A stretch of DNA of 64,000 bases from the human T2T-CHM13v2.0 reference genome, Homo sapiens. A model generated the notes under the pieces. The model ran no database searches. It was given only the letters and a program-made list of their open reading frames with translations, and had not been told where the DNA came from. Location: NCBI RefSeq assembly GCF_009914755.1, contig NC_060934.1; one strand, written 5' to 3'. The position numbers and the translations under genes were made by a program. Below are positions 14,412-31,425 of this stretch, in pieces; within the stretch, counting starts at the first letter, position 1; the number at the start of each line of letters is the position of its first letter.

Positions 14412-14770
14412 TCTGTCTTAGGTCCATTTCCTCAGAAAACAGATTGTGACATTGCATACAGAAAGTGTAACGGGAGGGACGCACAAGCAAGCCAGGAGGA
14501 AGCGAATGATGCAGTTTGGAGCAAGGATAGAGTCTGAAAGCGATGCGGTCTCAGCAGGGCCTCAGCCGCCCCACGGAGCTCTGGCGCTCACAGCACCAGC
14601 CAGGCCCTTCCCAGGGAGCCTCACAGGTGAGCCCTTCTCAGGCAGCACATCTGTCACTGGACTGCACAGACCTGGGCTGTGTGCATTCAGCAAAGGGCCC
14701 CATGGGACCAAAGGGTCAGACTGGGGTTGCTCTGGAGAGAAAGGTCGTCCTCTGACCAGCCATTTAAAAA
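14412..14770 (-). mobile_element. ancient ERVL-class solo LTR (LTR33/LTR41-like)
   Basis: Begins 'tgtcttaggtccatttcctcagaaaacagattgtgac', similar in style to the LTR at 23165-23480. Confidence 0.5.
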
Positions 14771-15029
14771 TGGGAATCTGGGGAAGAGTGGAAGTTGAAC
14801 GTGTAACCATGTTGCCAGTGTGGGCTGCTGTCATCGAGTTTGGATCCCTGTGAAACCACGCAGATACTGAATGCAAAGCATGAATGGAATCCATTTTCTC
14901 TGATTCTGATTTCAACAGTGAAGCACACTGCAGTTATTGTTTCTTTAAAAAAAAATTACATGACTAAAGGTATTACTGTGTATTACTGTGTCCTTAGAGC
15001 ATGTTTGCATGACTTTGAAAATTGTTCAA

Positions 15030-15190
15030 GACTATAGGAGCCCAGGAGCCATGGGATCTACAGCTGGACCGCTGGGCTCCAACCCTGTGCCTCAGTTTAG
15101 TCATCTGCAAGACAGGACACAATGGCACCTACCACGTGAGAGTGTGGTCAGGTTTAACGGAGATGACGAGGTAAAGCGCTTCAACACCGC
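15030..15190 (+). mobile_element. MIR fragment
   Basis: 'ctgtgcctcagtttagtcatctgcaa...cacctacc...gtggtcaggtttaa...gtaaagcgct'. Confidence 0.7.
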
Positions 15191-15199
15191 TGCCCTACA

Positions 15200-15492
15200 G
15201 GAAGGTGAGGAGAGTAGCACGGAGAAGTTTAGATTTTCTGGGGACGACATTAAACACGGAAAAAAAATGAAATTAATTTTAACATTTGCCTTATTTAACT
15301 GAATATATATAATCATTCCACATATAATAAAAATAAAAATCATTGATTTATTTTACGTACCTTTTTATACTGTGTTTTCCAAATCCAGTCTGTACTTTAC
15401 ACTGAATAACACATTTCAGTTGGAAACAGCCACATTCAACTTTTCTGCAACCTCGTAAGAGTAAGGGCTGCCACAGCGAACAGTATGGGCTA
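15200..15492. mobile_element. MER33-like hAT-Charlie MITE
   Basis: 'gaaattaattttaac...ttatttaac...aaatccagtctgtactttacact...cagccacattc'. Confidence 0.7.
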
Positions 15493-16644
15493 AGAGCCAC
15501 CCCTGGCATAGGGTCGATGCTTGATAAAAATTAGTTTTTAGTATTTTATTTTGTTTTAGCTAACATGTTTTTTGCCTAAGTTGATAAGTTTTATAATATT
15601 TTAAAATTCCTATACTTTCAGTTAAAATACTGCATATTCTAAAATTCTTTCTACCACCTTCTCCTGTATATAAACATACACAAGACCCTTTAAATAAAAG
15701 GATTCTTTAAAAATTGTTTATTTGTTTGCATTTTCTTGAAGAGAGGATAAAACGGGCCCAATTTATATGAATTAGTTTTTTAAGACATCGATGTGGCATG
15801 TTATTACAGCTATAACACTGGATTACAAATTAAAATTTGAGACATTTCAGAAAATCTAGTCTTTCAACTATAGGGAGTTTTAGGTCCCCACTTTAAAGAA
15901 GAAAAGCTGTTTATATAGAGTAACCAGAATTGGCCAAAATTTCAGTGGACATATTTAGCATTTATACATTAGTTTTAAAATATTTTGTTCTAGAGGAATT
16001 AAAATGTGCTTATGATACTTCCGAATGAAAGTATCAGATAGGTTGGATTTTTATTCCTCACAAATATATAGAATTTTTTTTATTGCAAAACATATTTTTG
16101 TCATTTGAAAGAAGAACAATTGACACTTGTATTCCTCAATGGAAATTAACACAATTTGGATTTTTCCTGCTTCTCTTTACCTGGTCAGGGCTGGTCCAAT
16201 TTAAGCCCCAAAGGTTATCAAAATGTCAAGGAAAGGATGATTTATTCTTATTTGAAGACCATCTAACCTTAAAGGAGAGCTAGATGCTCTCTCTTTTGAT
16301 ACATACAAATTCAGTTAAGTGGCGTTTTTTCAGAATATGTAAAGTAAGCATATGTGTCAGCTCAACCAGAATTTCCTGTTTCTCACCTCTGCTTACAGGG
16401 GGCTTGTTAGGTTCCCTGAGTGTTCTGCTGTTTTTATGTCTGCACTTGTTCGATCTTCCTGTGGTCTGGGATTTGGAATTAAATTGAGATCACTGGTGAT
16501 GATGCCTCAGTCAAACTGGCGTGTTTCATAACAAATGCTGACACAGTGAGTGGAAGAGCTTGGATTCAAACCCAAGTCTTCTTCTTTTGGGTAAAGTGTT
16601 TGGTTCTCGGTCCTCCCAGTGTGTCCTGAATTGGGGTTACAATA

Positions 16645-17085
<441 letters not shown>

Positions 17086-17213
17086 ATTGTACCTAATTTT
17101 AACCTGTGACCATCAGCCATGTGCAGCAATAGAGATTTGGAGATATTTGCACATGAACATAGATGCAGCCGATTAGAAAAGGTATTAAAAGAGGTGTGAC
17201 ATCCTTCTGGCCT

Positions 17214-17257
17214 TGTGTGTGTGTGACTGTGTGTGTGTGTGTCTGTGTGTGTGTGTG
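17214..17257. repeat. interrupted (TG)n
   Basis: Directly visible. Confidence 0.95.
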
Positions 17258-17844
17258 GTCGGGGCACAGGGACAATGTGAAGATGGCAGCAGCAACCTGA
17301 AGGGATAACTTAAAGGGAAAACTTAACTTCAAAATAAAAGGAATAGTATATGTCAAGAAATGGTAAAAAAAAAAATTTCTTAAGCTGTGACAAACTCTTA
17401 GGATTCATGTTATACTGACTTTTATGCAGCTTTTAGCTGTCTTTATCATAAGTACTACTGGCTCCAAAACATAATATAAAAACATGTCCTTTTCATAATC
17501 TCTTGGGTCTGTTAAATTTACCTAGATATTTCCAGATAATATAATTTTCTGAAAAAGGAGCAATGTGTAAATTTTTATATATTAAAGTGAACTCAACTAT
17601 AATATAATGGTGTCCAATGGAGACACATGTCACATCACCCAAGTCTTAGCTGATACTTGAGTATCTTAATCTCTTCACAGGTAATAAAAGCTTTTGCCCA
17701 GATAACCAACTGTGTGATTGGGGGAATTAAAATCCTCCTATATGGAAGAATGGCAGATTCTTTTCAGGGAATTTATGAAATTTACAACTGTAAACATAAG
17801 ATCATCACCTTAAACAAGGAAGAAAGAATAGTAGCTTCCCAGTA

Positions 17845-18230
17845 GATCTGGTGTACCCATATATTAGAGTATTTATTTGGCCTTTGGATTCCTAATTGTG
17901 TGTGCAAGACTGGGCAAACTTGATGAGAGTTTAGGGAAAAGCAATGAAAATGATTAAGGGGCTGTTTGCATTGATTTATGAAGACACGTTAAATGAATTC
18001 AATATGAATAACTTCCCTAAGTGACGACCAGGGAAAGCCATAATAAATGTCTACAAATATCTGTTGGGTGTGAACACTGAAAAGGGAGATGGATGAGGGT
18101 ACAGGAGAAGATGATAAGGAATAATGAGATGGAATTGGCAGAGTTTATAAGAAAAAAAAGTGTATTCATTTTACGCCTCTCAGAAGTGTCCATTAATGAA
18201 GAGGCTTGATGCCGTGATGAGCAGCACTCA
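17845..18230 (+). mobile_element. L3/CR1 LINE fossil (ORF2 C-terminal region)
   Basis: Degenerate translation ('KLDESLGKSNENDKG', 'YEDTLNEFNMNNF', 'NVYKYL') resembles the CR1 pattern KLERVQRRATKMIKGLE.L.YEERLKEL...VYKYL. Confidence 0.7.
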
Positions 18231-21200
18231 GACTACAGAGCCAAGGCTGAGGAAGGCTATTGTAAAAATGCGTGTGGGTGAGCCAGGGCACTGGCAAGGG
18301 CTCTGGGGAGTGGAGCTGGGGTTATAATGCTCAAAGCATGGCCATATTTGGGTCCATATTTCCTTATGGCTTGTGTAGAGAAACACGTAGAGGCTCAGAA
18401 CTCCTCGTCCTGGACTCCATGCCGACTTTGCTGTTTCTTCATTGTTTTGCCTGTGCCTATGCCTGCACTCATTTAATGAAATACTGAGGCCTGTTCTGCT
18501 AAATTAGCAGCTTTGGTGCAAAGGGTAATCTTTTTAAATCATTTTCACTCCTCCCACCCAAGGGCATAAAGACATGATATTAAAACGTCTATGTATTTTT
18601 AAGCTCCATTTCCTCTTCCTCCCTCCTTTCCTCTCTGATGTCTCTGTAGGCATAAAGAGAAACTGGGGAAGAAGGGAGGGCATTGTCCCATGGTCCTGCT
18701 CAGTCATCACTACATAAGACTTTTCTTTTCAAAAATGGGAAGTGATATGGCTAATCATTAATGAACTCAGCTGAGACAAATGACAATTAAGTTTAATAAA
18801 GCCTTAACAATTAGCATTTTAACCATTATTTCATGGGAAGGGAAACATTAGATTAGTTATGCTTGTAGGAAGTAATCAGCTAAGAATTACTCATTTTTAA
18901 ATAATTATAATTACCCTGTTCATTTCTATTGGGCCTTTTAGCTGAGAATCTCAGCCTGTGTTCGTATCACAGCTTTAAAAAGGATAAATGCTACTGAAAG
19001 TGTAATCTTTAAAGTGCAGCTGGGAATTCATTTTTAAAATGAAAGAACAATAATTTTTAAAGCAGCCATATTGGTGTCTATTTAAATATGTATAGCTTAT
19101 GGAGAAAAAGAGTGATGGCTTACATATCAATCAAGTAAATATTTTGAGTGAGAAAATGTTATAGATTTTCAGTGAGGTCATAATAATTTTTTGTTCAGAT
19201 TTTGCTGTCAGTTACGAGCACTTGAAGGAAAGTTTGAGTAAGAAAGTAGCTAAAAAATATCATTTACCAAATGGCTCATATAAGCCATGATTAAAATGGA
19301 ATTCCCTAGCTAGTGACATAATAATATCATGTTGGAGTTATTAAATTTTGAATTTTTTTATATTTACCATTTTTATTTTTAGCATTATGTTTCCATCCTT
19401 CTGTCCTGCCAGTGGGATAGCAGGATGCATAGTGGTCAAAATCTTCATTTAAAAATTAACTTTAATATCTTAAGAATGTTTTCAAATAAGTTACAAGAAG
19501 AGATTATAAGTGGAATACATATATTTTTTCAAAGATAAAAGGTATATCAGAATTTGTTGTGAAACAGGAAAACATGGGAAATCATCTTTATGGAATTAAT
19601 CCCAGAACAAAACCTTTAGGAAATTTAGAGGCAAATGGATTCTAACATCTATAACCTGACACAAAAGTACAACATGTTTAGCCACTTTGCCGTATATCTG
19701 AAATTTATATTCAATGATAATCATAATGTTTAAAACTATTGAATACAGATTGCTCTGAAACCCATATGACACAAATTTTGACCTTTCAAATCAGGAAAAA
19801 TTTTTCTTGCAAGCCAGAATTCTAATTGCATTTAAAACTTGTAGAATAACATGTGCTTATGCAAAAACTGCCCTTTAATTTCCCATGACAATGGAATTAA
19901 AATGTATGACTTACATGTAAATTGAACCACATCTACCTTGTAGTGATGTAATATCCTGTTCTGAGCTTTTGAGCTTTAATTCAATATCTAGTTATGTTAA
20001 GGCCTCCTGTGTGAGTCTCTCTGAGTATGTACATGTGTAGGTGTGTAAGGTTAGTGAAAGAAAAGGGAATCTTGCTTTTATGATAATGGAAATCAAGAAT
20101 TAGTTTTCTAATGCCTTGAAAATTACAATTCTAAAACTTCTGAGCCCTTATCATTGCCCTTTACAAGCTGGATGATCCCTGGTTTGATACTTTGGATTAT
20201 AAGATGTTATCAACATAAACAAAATCTTTATGGTAATATTTTAGTGAAAGTATAGTGACCATTCAAGGAAACGATGTTGACTGCCAAAGATGACCTGCTA
20301 AAAATGCATAGCTTTGTTTTCTAGAAGTCCCTGTATTTCTACTATTCTGACCTTTTCTTCTCTGTTCTCTTCTTTTATATAACATTTGCCAAAATTCAAA
20401 GCACTTACTATTCATGAATGTGCGTATTGAAACATTTTCAGTTTACTGAAAGATTAGCACATGGGCCATTGCCTTTCAAGTTTTATTAATAGTGAATAAC
20501 CTTTTCGGTCTTACTTTTTTCTTTTTATACTATTAACTTTGCAAGTCCCCCTTTGGAAGGAAGAAGAAAAGGATATGAATTGTACGTTCTGTAAAACGTG
20601 GATCATAAATAAGCATAAGCATTTGTCGCAATTTTATCATCAAGAAAAATTTCCTGGACTAAGATATTTCAGCGTGAGTCAGAGAACCTCCTTAGTGTCT
20701 CAGCTTCTACCCTCACATGAGGCATAGGATTTGCTTGTGGCATTTCGAGACTTATTTAATATGCATTTTCAGAGTGATGTCTACCTCCTACAAAATGTTC
20801 ATGAAACAGAAAAGTCACTCATGGGGCTCAGAAGTGTGAGGTATTGTATTCATCATGTGAAGGTTGTAAAGGCAGGTCTCTTCATTCAAAGAAGTGACTG
20901 TAACAGGAGAGAGGGTAGGGACAGCCTGTGTGCAGGCATCAGGTGCCATATCAGGTGCTGGAGGAAGGAATCACCCGCAGTGGCTAAGCAGAGGATGCCC
21001 AATGCCAGTGATAACGCAGCTTTACAGGAAGATCACAGAGCAGTCAATGCCTGGCCAAGGTGCTTTGTTTATCTTCCTCTGTAGTAAATGTGATAAGAAT
21101 TATATAAGCTTACAGACAATTCACTTCTTGCTGTAGGTCAGATTATCCTGAGAAACAAGAGATTGGAGAATGGCAGAAGGGTAACCCATTGGGATATTTC

Positions 21201-22192
21201 TAATGAAAATGAGGTAAATGGGTGCTCTCTTGGTTTATCTTTTTGATTTGCCTTGGAAATTCCATTTTGTTTTTGTAAGAATCCTCAGCTCATTCTTAGA
21301 TTTCTGAAAGCATCAGGATCAGAATCCTGAGCCCCACAGAGTGGCAGAAGAATTACCTCAAGCCAAATGCCAGAATGCTCTTAGAGCTTCTGTGCAATGT
21401 GTTCTCTTTGTCAAGTGCAGATAAAACCATGCATTGTCCTGTAAATAAAGGCAGCCAAGGCCAAGTTACCAATGACATGTTTCTGTGAAAGAAGCTGCAG
21501 CAATGAAGGTTGTGGCTTTGATCCTTGAGTCCTAATGGCCTCAGCACCACTTACTTCCAGATAGTTGACCATCTGGTCACTGCCTCAGATAAAGGAGATC
21601 ATATAGGGACTAAAAGCAAGACATGTATAAAAGATGCAAGGCACTTACTACCTTTGCTGGTGTAATAAGAAAATAACTGTGGAACAAAAAGGCTATTTTC
21701 TTGGATAAAAGCTATTTTGTTTCCAAAGCTCTGGTGACCATATGGAGTCTTTTTCATCATTGTTGTCCACTCCCAAGCCATCGTCCTTCATTTCCAAAGA
21801 CCTTTCCATTCTCTCCATGTTTTTTTCCCTAATTGCCATTTTCAGATTAGTTTTTACTCCCCAAACAATATTTCAACAATAACACGTTTCGTCTTCTCTG
21901 TTCACTTCTGCAATAATAGCTCTTTGGACCCTGAATGCAACACAAGAACTACAACTCCATGTGTCAGGGAAATAAAAAGGCATTCTCTAAAAGAACTGAG
22001 CCCTGGAGAGACGAGGTTGGCATTCTAGGCCAGAAAGAAAAACCAAAGATTTTCTTCTGTCCCTCTGTTGGCCTGTTGACACTCAGAGGCCATTTAGACT
22101 GCTTTCTTGTGGAAAGGAGAAAGCTCTTTCTCTTGGAATCAGTCCTGATCCCTTTATGTCAATTCAGACAGAAATTCTAAGCAAACAGATAT

Positions 22193-22315
22193 TTGTGTTT
22201 GTGTGTGTGTGTCTGTGTGTGTGTTTGTGTGTGTGTCTGTGTGTGTTTGTGCGTGTGTGTCTGTGTGTGTTTGTCTGTGTGTGTGTCTGTGTCTGTGTGT
22301 GTGTTTGTGTGTTTG
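22193..22315. repeat. complex (TG)n tract with periodic TC/TT interruptions
   Basis: Directly visible; it generates the spurious VCVC/THTH ORFs. Confidence 0.95.
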
Positions 22316-23164
22316 TAATAGGTAAAATATTTGGCTTTCCCATTGTAATACAGAGTAAAAAGAACAGAAGTGAGAAATATCAAAAGACCATAAGAATAAA
22401 GTGTGAATGACAATGTTGAGAATGATAGCAAATGTATATTACTGAAATATAATGTCTCATTTAAGGCTCCCCCAGCTTTGTGAGTGAGGGTTAGAATTCA
22501 CGATGGGGACTACACTCATAAACAGCTGATATTTACCATATGTACATTGTTGTAAGAGACAAGCTCAATGACTATAGTGTGAGAGGCTCTCGCTGAGAGA
22601 TCTGGCAGGGAAAATAATATTGGTGATTTATACATGAAGGAACCGTGGCTGCAAGAGGTTTCATAATTTGGTAGCAATTTTAGAAATTCAAAGTCGTTTA
22701 CAGTGTAGTCTTTTTACTCTTCCTTTTCCTCCTTGTCCTTTGGTAAATATTTACGAATTCCCAAGTCTTATTGAAACACTAAGCTGCACATTTTAGACAG
22801 CCCAAAACAAATTGCGTGTGTATGTGTGTGCGGTGCACCTATGTACACATATGTTACGAATCCTAACTAGAAACAGAGTGGAAACAAAGATCATGTCCAA
22901 CTAAGTTTTAGGGAATGTTCCAAAAAGGCAATGGTACTGAGCAGAACCTGAGGGATGGGTAGATTCCTCCACTTATTCATTCAACAAAACTTTTTGATGG
23001 CCTGCTCTGTGCCCAGCATTTCATTTGTCTCTGCACCTAAGCCGGGCACAGTTCCTGGCACCAGGGTGCATAGGTTCAAGCCCAGCATAGTGCCTTGCAG
23101 ATTGGAATTGTTTAGTTAATTCATAATAGGAAGCACACCTGCATGTTTGTACACCAGGCGTATG

Positions 23165-23480
23165 TCCCATGTCCTGTGTCAGGTGCTCTGGGAAATTAAG
23201 ACGTGTGCATGGAGGTTAAAGTGGAGTACTTTTGAGACCGACATCAGTGAGGGTTGAGAAAGCAGTATTGCACAGAAGGAGAACTGGACAATCATATAAA
23301 CACAACAAAAGACTCTGCTCATTCCGCAGAAGTTCTGAAAAAGAAATGGTTCCTTGGAACTGTTCCAAACTGAGGCAAGGGGCTTAGGCCTTAATACTCC
23401 ATATTGACCAGACCTTGCATGTGAGCTGCAGTCAAAAAAGAGGCATGACCTTTAACAAGCAAAAGAACCTTCCAGAGAGG
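23165..23480 (-). mobile_element. ancient ERVL-class LTR adjoining a minus-strand internal region
   Basis: LTR33/41-like text directly abutting antisense ERVL pol sequence. Confidence 0.5.
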
Positions 23481-23499
23481 GACTACCCTCCTCTGTCAG

Positions 23500-24640
23500 G
23501 GTGGCTCCATCTGGAAATGGTACCAGCGAAGCAGTGGTGAACTTTATGGGAGTCTGGTCCACTCACTATTGAAGCTTACATGTGTGCCTGGCAATGCTCT
23601 TGTTGAGTCCCAGAGGCCCTGCATCTATCCTACAATAGATTGCTGCTGGGCTGACCCTATGATGTAGTAGGTCCAACAGAACCCGTCTCATGCAGGATAA
23701 CCCTAGCCACACCTGATGTCCTCCTCTTAGGCGCTCTGTGTGTCCCAGGACCCAGTAGAGCTCTAGGAGCTATTTTTCAAGTGGTATATAATTCCTCACT
23801 TCAGATGGCATGGACTTGTTTCAGGACTTTGGCGTACACACTGAGCATCTCCTTTCAAGGCTTCTCATAAATGCCAGTGAGTATCTTTCCACCAGCAAGA
23901 CCTCTGTGGTTATAGGTTTTCTGGGTTATAAGCAGCAGGACCACTTGCAATGCAGCCCCCACTTTGCATGTTCTGGGTCTCACTTGAAATGGGCTTTCAC
24001 ATCACCCCATATACATTTGGAATAGTGTTTCCTCACATAAAACATCTGCATCTGTAACTTAAAGAAATTTACCAGGTGTTACGTTTTCTTATAGGTGGAA
24101 GCTATCAGATGATTTTTTCTTCACTTTAAAGAGGAAGGTTCTACATATTTTAGTTTTATGGACCTATAAATCTTCACTGATGTGGCAAGCCACTGAATAT
24201 TCACAGGGTTTTTCCCCCATCCTCTGAAATATAAACAGCTTACTACATCTTCAAATGTACCTGTCAGTTGTGTATCATCTGGGCTGATTAATATGGAATA
24301 ATGAATATGGTGGACCAATGTTACGTTCTGCAGAATGTCCATAAAGTCCAGAGGCCTTAACGCAAAGATTGGGAAATTGTGGGGAAAATACTTCTTGTCT
24401 CTCCCAAGAGCATGTAAACTGCTTCTGGGAAAGAGTGCAGCCATTGGATTAATGATGGCTTACCACGGATAGAGGCTGCTCCAACAAAGATAACACATGG
24501 GGCACAGCAGTGGTGATTAGAGCTTTTTTTTTCCCTGGCTGTTTTGAGGGGTTCTACAGCTGAGTTAAATGTAAATATCATGGGGCCACCATCCTTTAGG
24601 ATTTGGGTGGAAAATGTTCTTGGTTACTTTGAAATATAAG
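23500..24640 (-). mobile_element. decayed ERVL-type internal region (pol: RT/tether)
   Basis: ORF 24121-24444 'DILQNVTLVHHIHYSILISPD...RGWGKNPVNIQWLATSVK' matches ERVL RT 'ITLVHYIDDIMLIGP...RGWEINPTKIQGPSTSVK'. The YIDD motif is destroyed. Confidence 0.85.
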
Positions 24641-25179
24641 ATTCCCCTGGGCTCCCTCAGCCCTCACAAAAGTCCTTCTTGCCCTTGTGAGGAGACAACA
24701 GCCTCACTGTGCCTAGAGATTGTGTGCTTGTCTCCCCTGAGAGGGATGCTCCACAAGTTGCCCTCCTCCATATCTGCCGCCACTGCCCCAATACCATGCA
24801 GAACAATATTAAAATCATTTTCCAGAATGGGCCAGGTGAGGAATAATGTATCTGGCTCAGGAGAAAGGGGATCATTTACCAAAGCTTTCCATGAGCAGCT
24901 CATATACACTGACAGAATGTGTTCTGAAAGTATCAGATCAAGGTTTGGATTAGGCTGAATGTAAGACAAGAAGAAAGAGCTAATGGATGTGAGGGAAATT
25001 ATTCTATGATTCATGATTCGATGACTGTCCCAGATACCTGGTCCTATCTATTTGAGTGTTGTTCTGTCTCCTGGAATTTGGCAGAGAGCTATTGAGGTGG
25101 GGATGCTAGAATTGCTTTGATGGCATTGAGAAAGGAGTCCGATATCTTAGGTAGATAGACATACTAGTTAGGACTTTTT

Positions 25180-27300
<2,121 letters not shown>

Positions 27301-27304
27301 AGAA

Positions 27305-27690
27305 TGGTGTGTAGACATTTGCTAAGCCTCACTCAGAGGGTTGCAGCACAGGATCCAGAGTCCTGCAGCCTGCTTACCATCCGCAGCAGAGACCCTGCAA
27401 TTTCTGGGTATAGCGGTGGAAGTGATACCAGCAGCAACCGTCAGCATCCTACCCTGGAGTATCGGGGTAAAGGCTGCAGCCCCTGATGGCAGCAACAGTG
27501 GCAGCTGTGGCCTCACTGAGCTGTGCTGCAGCATGTCTGTCTGTGTTTCTGGCTGTGTGGATTCCTAGACATGGTTCTTGAACTCTCCTAAATATTCTAT
27601 GGACTCTTCAATATTTGTACAAATTCTGTTACAGCTTAGGTCATCAGAGTCGGTTGCTTGTTACAAAGAATAGAAACATTGAGCACTGGT
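27305..27690 (+). mobile_element. ancient ERVL-class LTR (putative 3' LTR of the plus-strand element)
   Basis: Ends with an LTR16/50/67-style terminus 'aaattctgttacagcttaggtcatcagagtcggttgcttgttacaaagaa'. Confidence 0.55.
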
Positions 27691-28033
27691 AATGATTATC
27701 CCTTCCCAGCTGCTGGGAGAGCTCCCAAGAGGGCAGAAATAGAGTTGCCTCAAGACTGGGTCAAAGTTTGCTGTGTGTGCAGCAGAGATTTGGATTAAAG
27801 AGGGTAGGGGGCATAGCAAATACAAAATCATACAATTCAAGATTTTCAGGGTTTTGTGGACTCTTTGAATCAGATTGTTTAATGCCTTCATTTTTCACAT
27901 GAAAAATGAATCTCCCAGAGATGTTAACCCTTTGCTGATATTCCCATGAATGCTCAGTGTCTAAGTATAAGACCCATATCTCCTTTTCTCCATGCAAGAG
28001 CATTCTGCCCTCTAGCCTCCCGGCTCCTGAGCT

Positions 28034-28066
28034 GTTTTTTGTTTGTTTGTTTGTTTGTTTGTTTTT
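28034..28066. repeat. (TTTG)n
   Basis: Directly visible. Confidence 0.9.
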
Positions 28067-29224
28067 ACCTCTGTAAACACACAAATGGAGGGGGCTTTTC
28101 CCTTGTTAGCTTTATTAATCTTAGGGGACCCTGTTGAATATTATCCAAATGGATGTCATTCCCCTTATGTCTCAAAGATAATGGTTTTGCTTGCTTCTCA
28201 GTGGTTATCAGACTCTTTATAGACTACTTGTACAATATGATGAAGGACTTCTAATATTTTGCAGTAATGATGACTGGGTCAAGGATATATCAAGAAGTTA
28301 ATCAGAAAAGTTTATTAATTAGCATATTTCCAATGGCACGATTGCAACTGATCCATAACATGGCACATAAAGGGTATATGAAGTTTAAAAATCAATGATC
28401 AATCAACAGCCTTGTTTTTTCTGGATCAATTGCATTGAAGTTTTACTAAAGGAATCTTAGATTATTAATAATCCCTCCAATAGTCCTAAGTACAAGCTAA
28501 CCAAAATATGTCATATGTACTTAGGAAAAAGCAGCAGCTAGAATCTCCCTATGAAATTTTATAAATTTATTTCAAAGCATAAATCTTTCTGATCAAATTG
28601 AAATAGCTATATTGTTTAATTTTAGTTTTAAATAGCAACAGCAATTAGTCCACTAAAGGAACTAATTGCTTGGAAATTTTCATATTTAAACACAAAGCCA
28701 TTTCTAAATGACACTATTGAATATCATTTTAAAGTCTAAGGAAACAATGATCTTTCAAGGTAAAGCAGTAAAGCAAAGGTTTCAAACACTTCAAGGAAAG
28801 AGTAAAAGTAGTTGTTTTTGCTTTATTTTTATAAATAAAACTGCATTACAAAAAGTGTGATTATGATCAATGCCTATTTTCAGCAACACATTTCTTATAA
28901 ACAACCACAGGATTCTAGACACATATGATAATTCAAAACACATTTGAAATGATGGGGCATTTTTCATGCAATCTACTCCTAAAGATTATGATTATTTTCA
29001 GAGCTGCAGAATTATAAAATAGACTTTTTTTTCATTCAAACTCACTCCACAACCACCATTCCATCTTTTGAAAAAAATCTCAGGTTAAACACAAAACTAG
29101 AATGGATGAGCATCCACATACTCACTTCTGTTGGATTGCTGAAGTTTCCGAATTGTGAGCATTGCAATTGTCCTTTTGGGTGAAAACTTGTTCGTAGAAG
29201 GCCATTCCCTTCCCATAATCAGAT

Positions 29225-29380
29225 TTTAGAGTTTATGACCAAGAACTTTGGAGCCAGCCAGACTGGGTCAGATGTAACTGTAATGCTAATTAACTATGTG
29301 ACCTTACATAAATTACCATACTCCTTTAAGTATCAGGGTCCTCAGCCATACAAATGATATAACAGTATAATCCATTATTC
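29225..29380 (+). mobile_element. MIR
   Basis: 'ctttggagccag..agactgggt...taactatgtgaccttac...tcagggtcctcagccatacaaatg'. Confidence 0.65.
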
Positions 29381-30094
29381 AATATATTCAATATAAACAT
29401 ATTCAATATGCTTATCTTGTTTATTCCTGACAATAATGATATTATAGTCAGGATTAAATAAGATAAGCATAGAAAGTAATTACTCAATAAAAGGGTGCTT
29501 AGTGTTTGTATTAATATTTTATCATGAGTAAAATAACCATACATTATAAAAATTAGATAGAGGAAAGTAATTTTATGAACCTCTAGTCCATGAATCATGG
29601 TAAAATAAAGTAACAAGTACAAGAAACTGCTAACAAGAGATAGTTAGAATGAGGCTATAGGGTAAGCAAGCCTAATTTGCTCATTAACTTCCTAACAATG
29701 CATGGTGTCTAGGCAGAGGTAAAGAGTCTTAGGAGGAAAACTTGGCAAAAGAGAACCTTGATCTACTCCACTACTTTGTCAAAGACTACTTAGAGTTGTT
29801 TACAGTAGCTAGTTTTTAAAATTTGGTGATGTCAGGCAGATTCAATAAAAATTGCATTACTTAATGTATAACATGCTTTGTTACAGATTTTGAACTTACT
29901 CTGAAATTAGTCTGAAAATATAGAACTGAGCCAATGCTATGCAACCTGCAAATTAAAATATTGAATGACTTGGTATTTGGAATATCCTTAAAAGCAATTA
30001 ATTCTTTACAAATTATATTTTCAAAAATACATTGAAAATCAAAGCTATTTCAATGTATTTTAGGGTTAGAAAAATTAGACATAGACATGCACAG

Positions 30095-31425
30095 GCAAAA
30101 AAAAATTATAGACACAGACCTTATACCTTTCACAAAAAAAATAAAAATGGATTGTAGATCTAAATGTAAAAAATGCAAAATTTTAATCAAACAGGAGAAA
30201 ATCTAGGCAACTTTTGATTTGGTGAAAACTTTTTGGATACAGCAACAAAAGGAAGAACCATGAGACAATAATTGTCAAGTCAGACGATATTAAAAGTAAA
30301 AATTTCTGCTCTGTGAAGACATTGTTAAGAGATTGAAAAGATAAGCCGCATGGTGAGAGAAGAATTCTTGGAAAACACATATCTGATAAAGGATTAGTAT
30401 TCAAAACATGCAAATAGCTCAACAATAAGAAAACAAGAAACCCAATTAGTAATAGGCAAAAGACACCACCCCAAAGAAGATACACAACAGCAACTAATCA
30501 TAGGAAAAGGTGTTGGACTTCATATGTTAGTGGGTAGATATAAATTAAAAGTACCATGAGAGTCCACTATACACTTACTAGATTTGCCAAAATCCACAGT
30601 ACAGACACCACCAAATGCTGATGAGGATGTGAAGCAACAGGAACTCTCATTCATTGCTGGTGGGAATACAAAATGTTATAGCCACTTTTGAAGACAGTTT
30701 GGCAGTTTCTCACAAGGCTAATCACAGGCTTACCATAAAGCCCAGCAATCATGCTCCTGAGTATTTTTCCAAATAAGTTGAAAACTTGTGTACAAACATA
30801 ACCTGCACAAGAAGAGTTTAAAGAACTTTATTCATAATTAACAAAAACCAGAAGAAACCGAGATGACCTTAAGTAGATAAATGATAAACAAACATTGGTA
30901 CAGGCAGACACTGGAATATTATTCAGCGCTGGAAGAAATGACCTACATAGCCATGAAAAGACAGGGAGGAACCTTAAATGCATATGACTAAGTGAAAGAA
31001 GCCAGTATTCAAAAGCTAGAGACTGTATGAACCAACTCTACGATATTCTGGAAAAGACACATCTACGGAGACAGTAAAAAGATCAGTGGCTGCCACGGGT
31101 TAGGGGAAGGCAGGGAGGAAGTTGTAGAGCACTGAGGATTCTTAGGGCAGTGGAACGATTCTGTAGAACACTGTAATGGTGGATTCATTGCAGGATGCAA
31201 AGAATGTATAGCAAAAATAAAGTGAACCTTAATATAAGCTGTGTGCTTCAGTTAATAATAATGTACCAATATTGCCCCCTCGGGTGTAACATATGTACCA
31301 GATGAATGCAAGATTTTAATGAAAGAGAAACTTGAAAAAGTGGAAAGGATAGGAACTCTACCTTCTGTGAAATTTTTCTATAAACCTAAGACTACCATAA
31401 AAAAAGAAGTCTATTTTTTGAAAAA
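30095..31425 (+). mobile_element. L1MC/L1MD-type 3' end (ORF2 tail and 3' UTR)
   Basis: 'caaatgctgatgaggatgtgaagcaacaggaactctcattcattgctggtgggaat' and terminus 'taaacctaagactaccataaaaaaagaagtctatt'. Confidence 0.9.
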
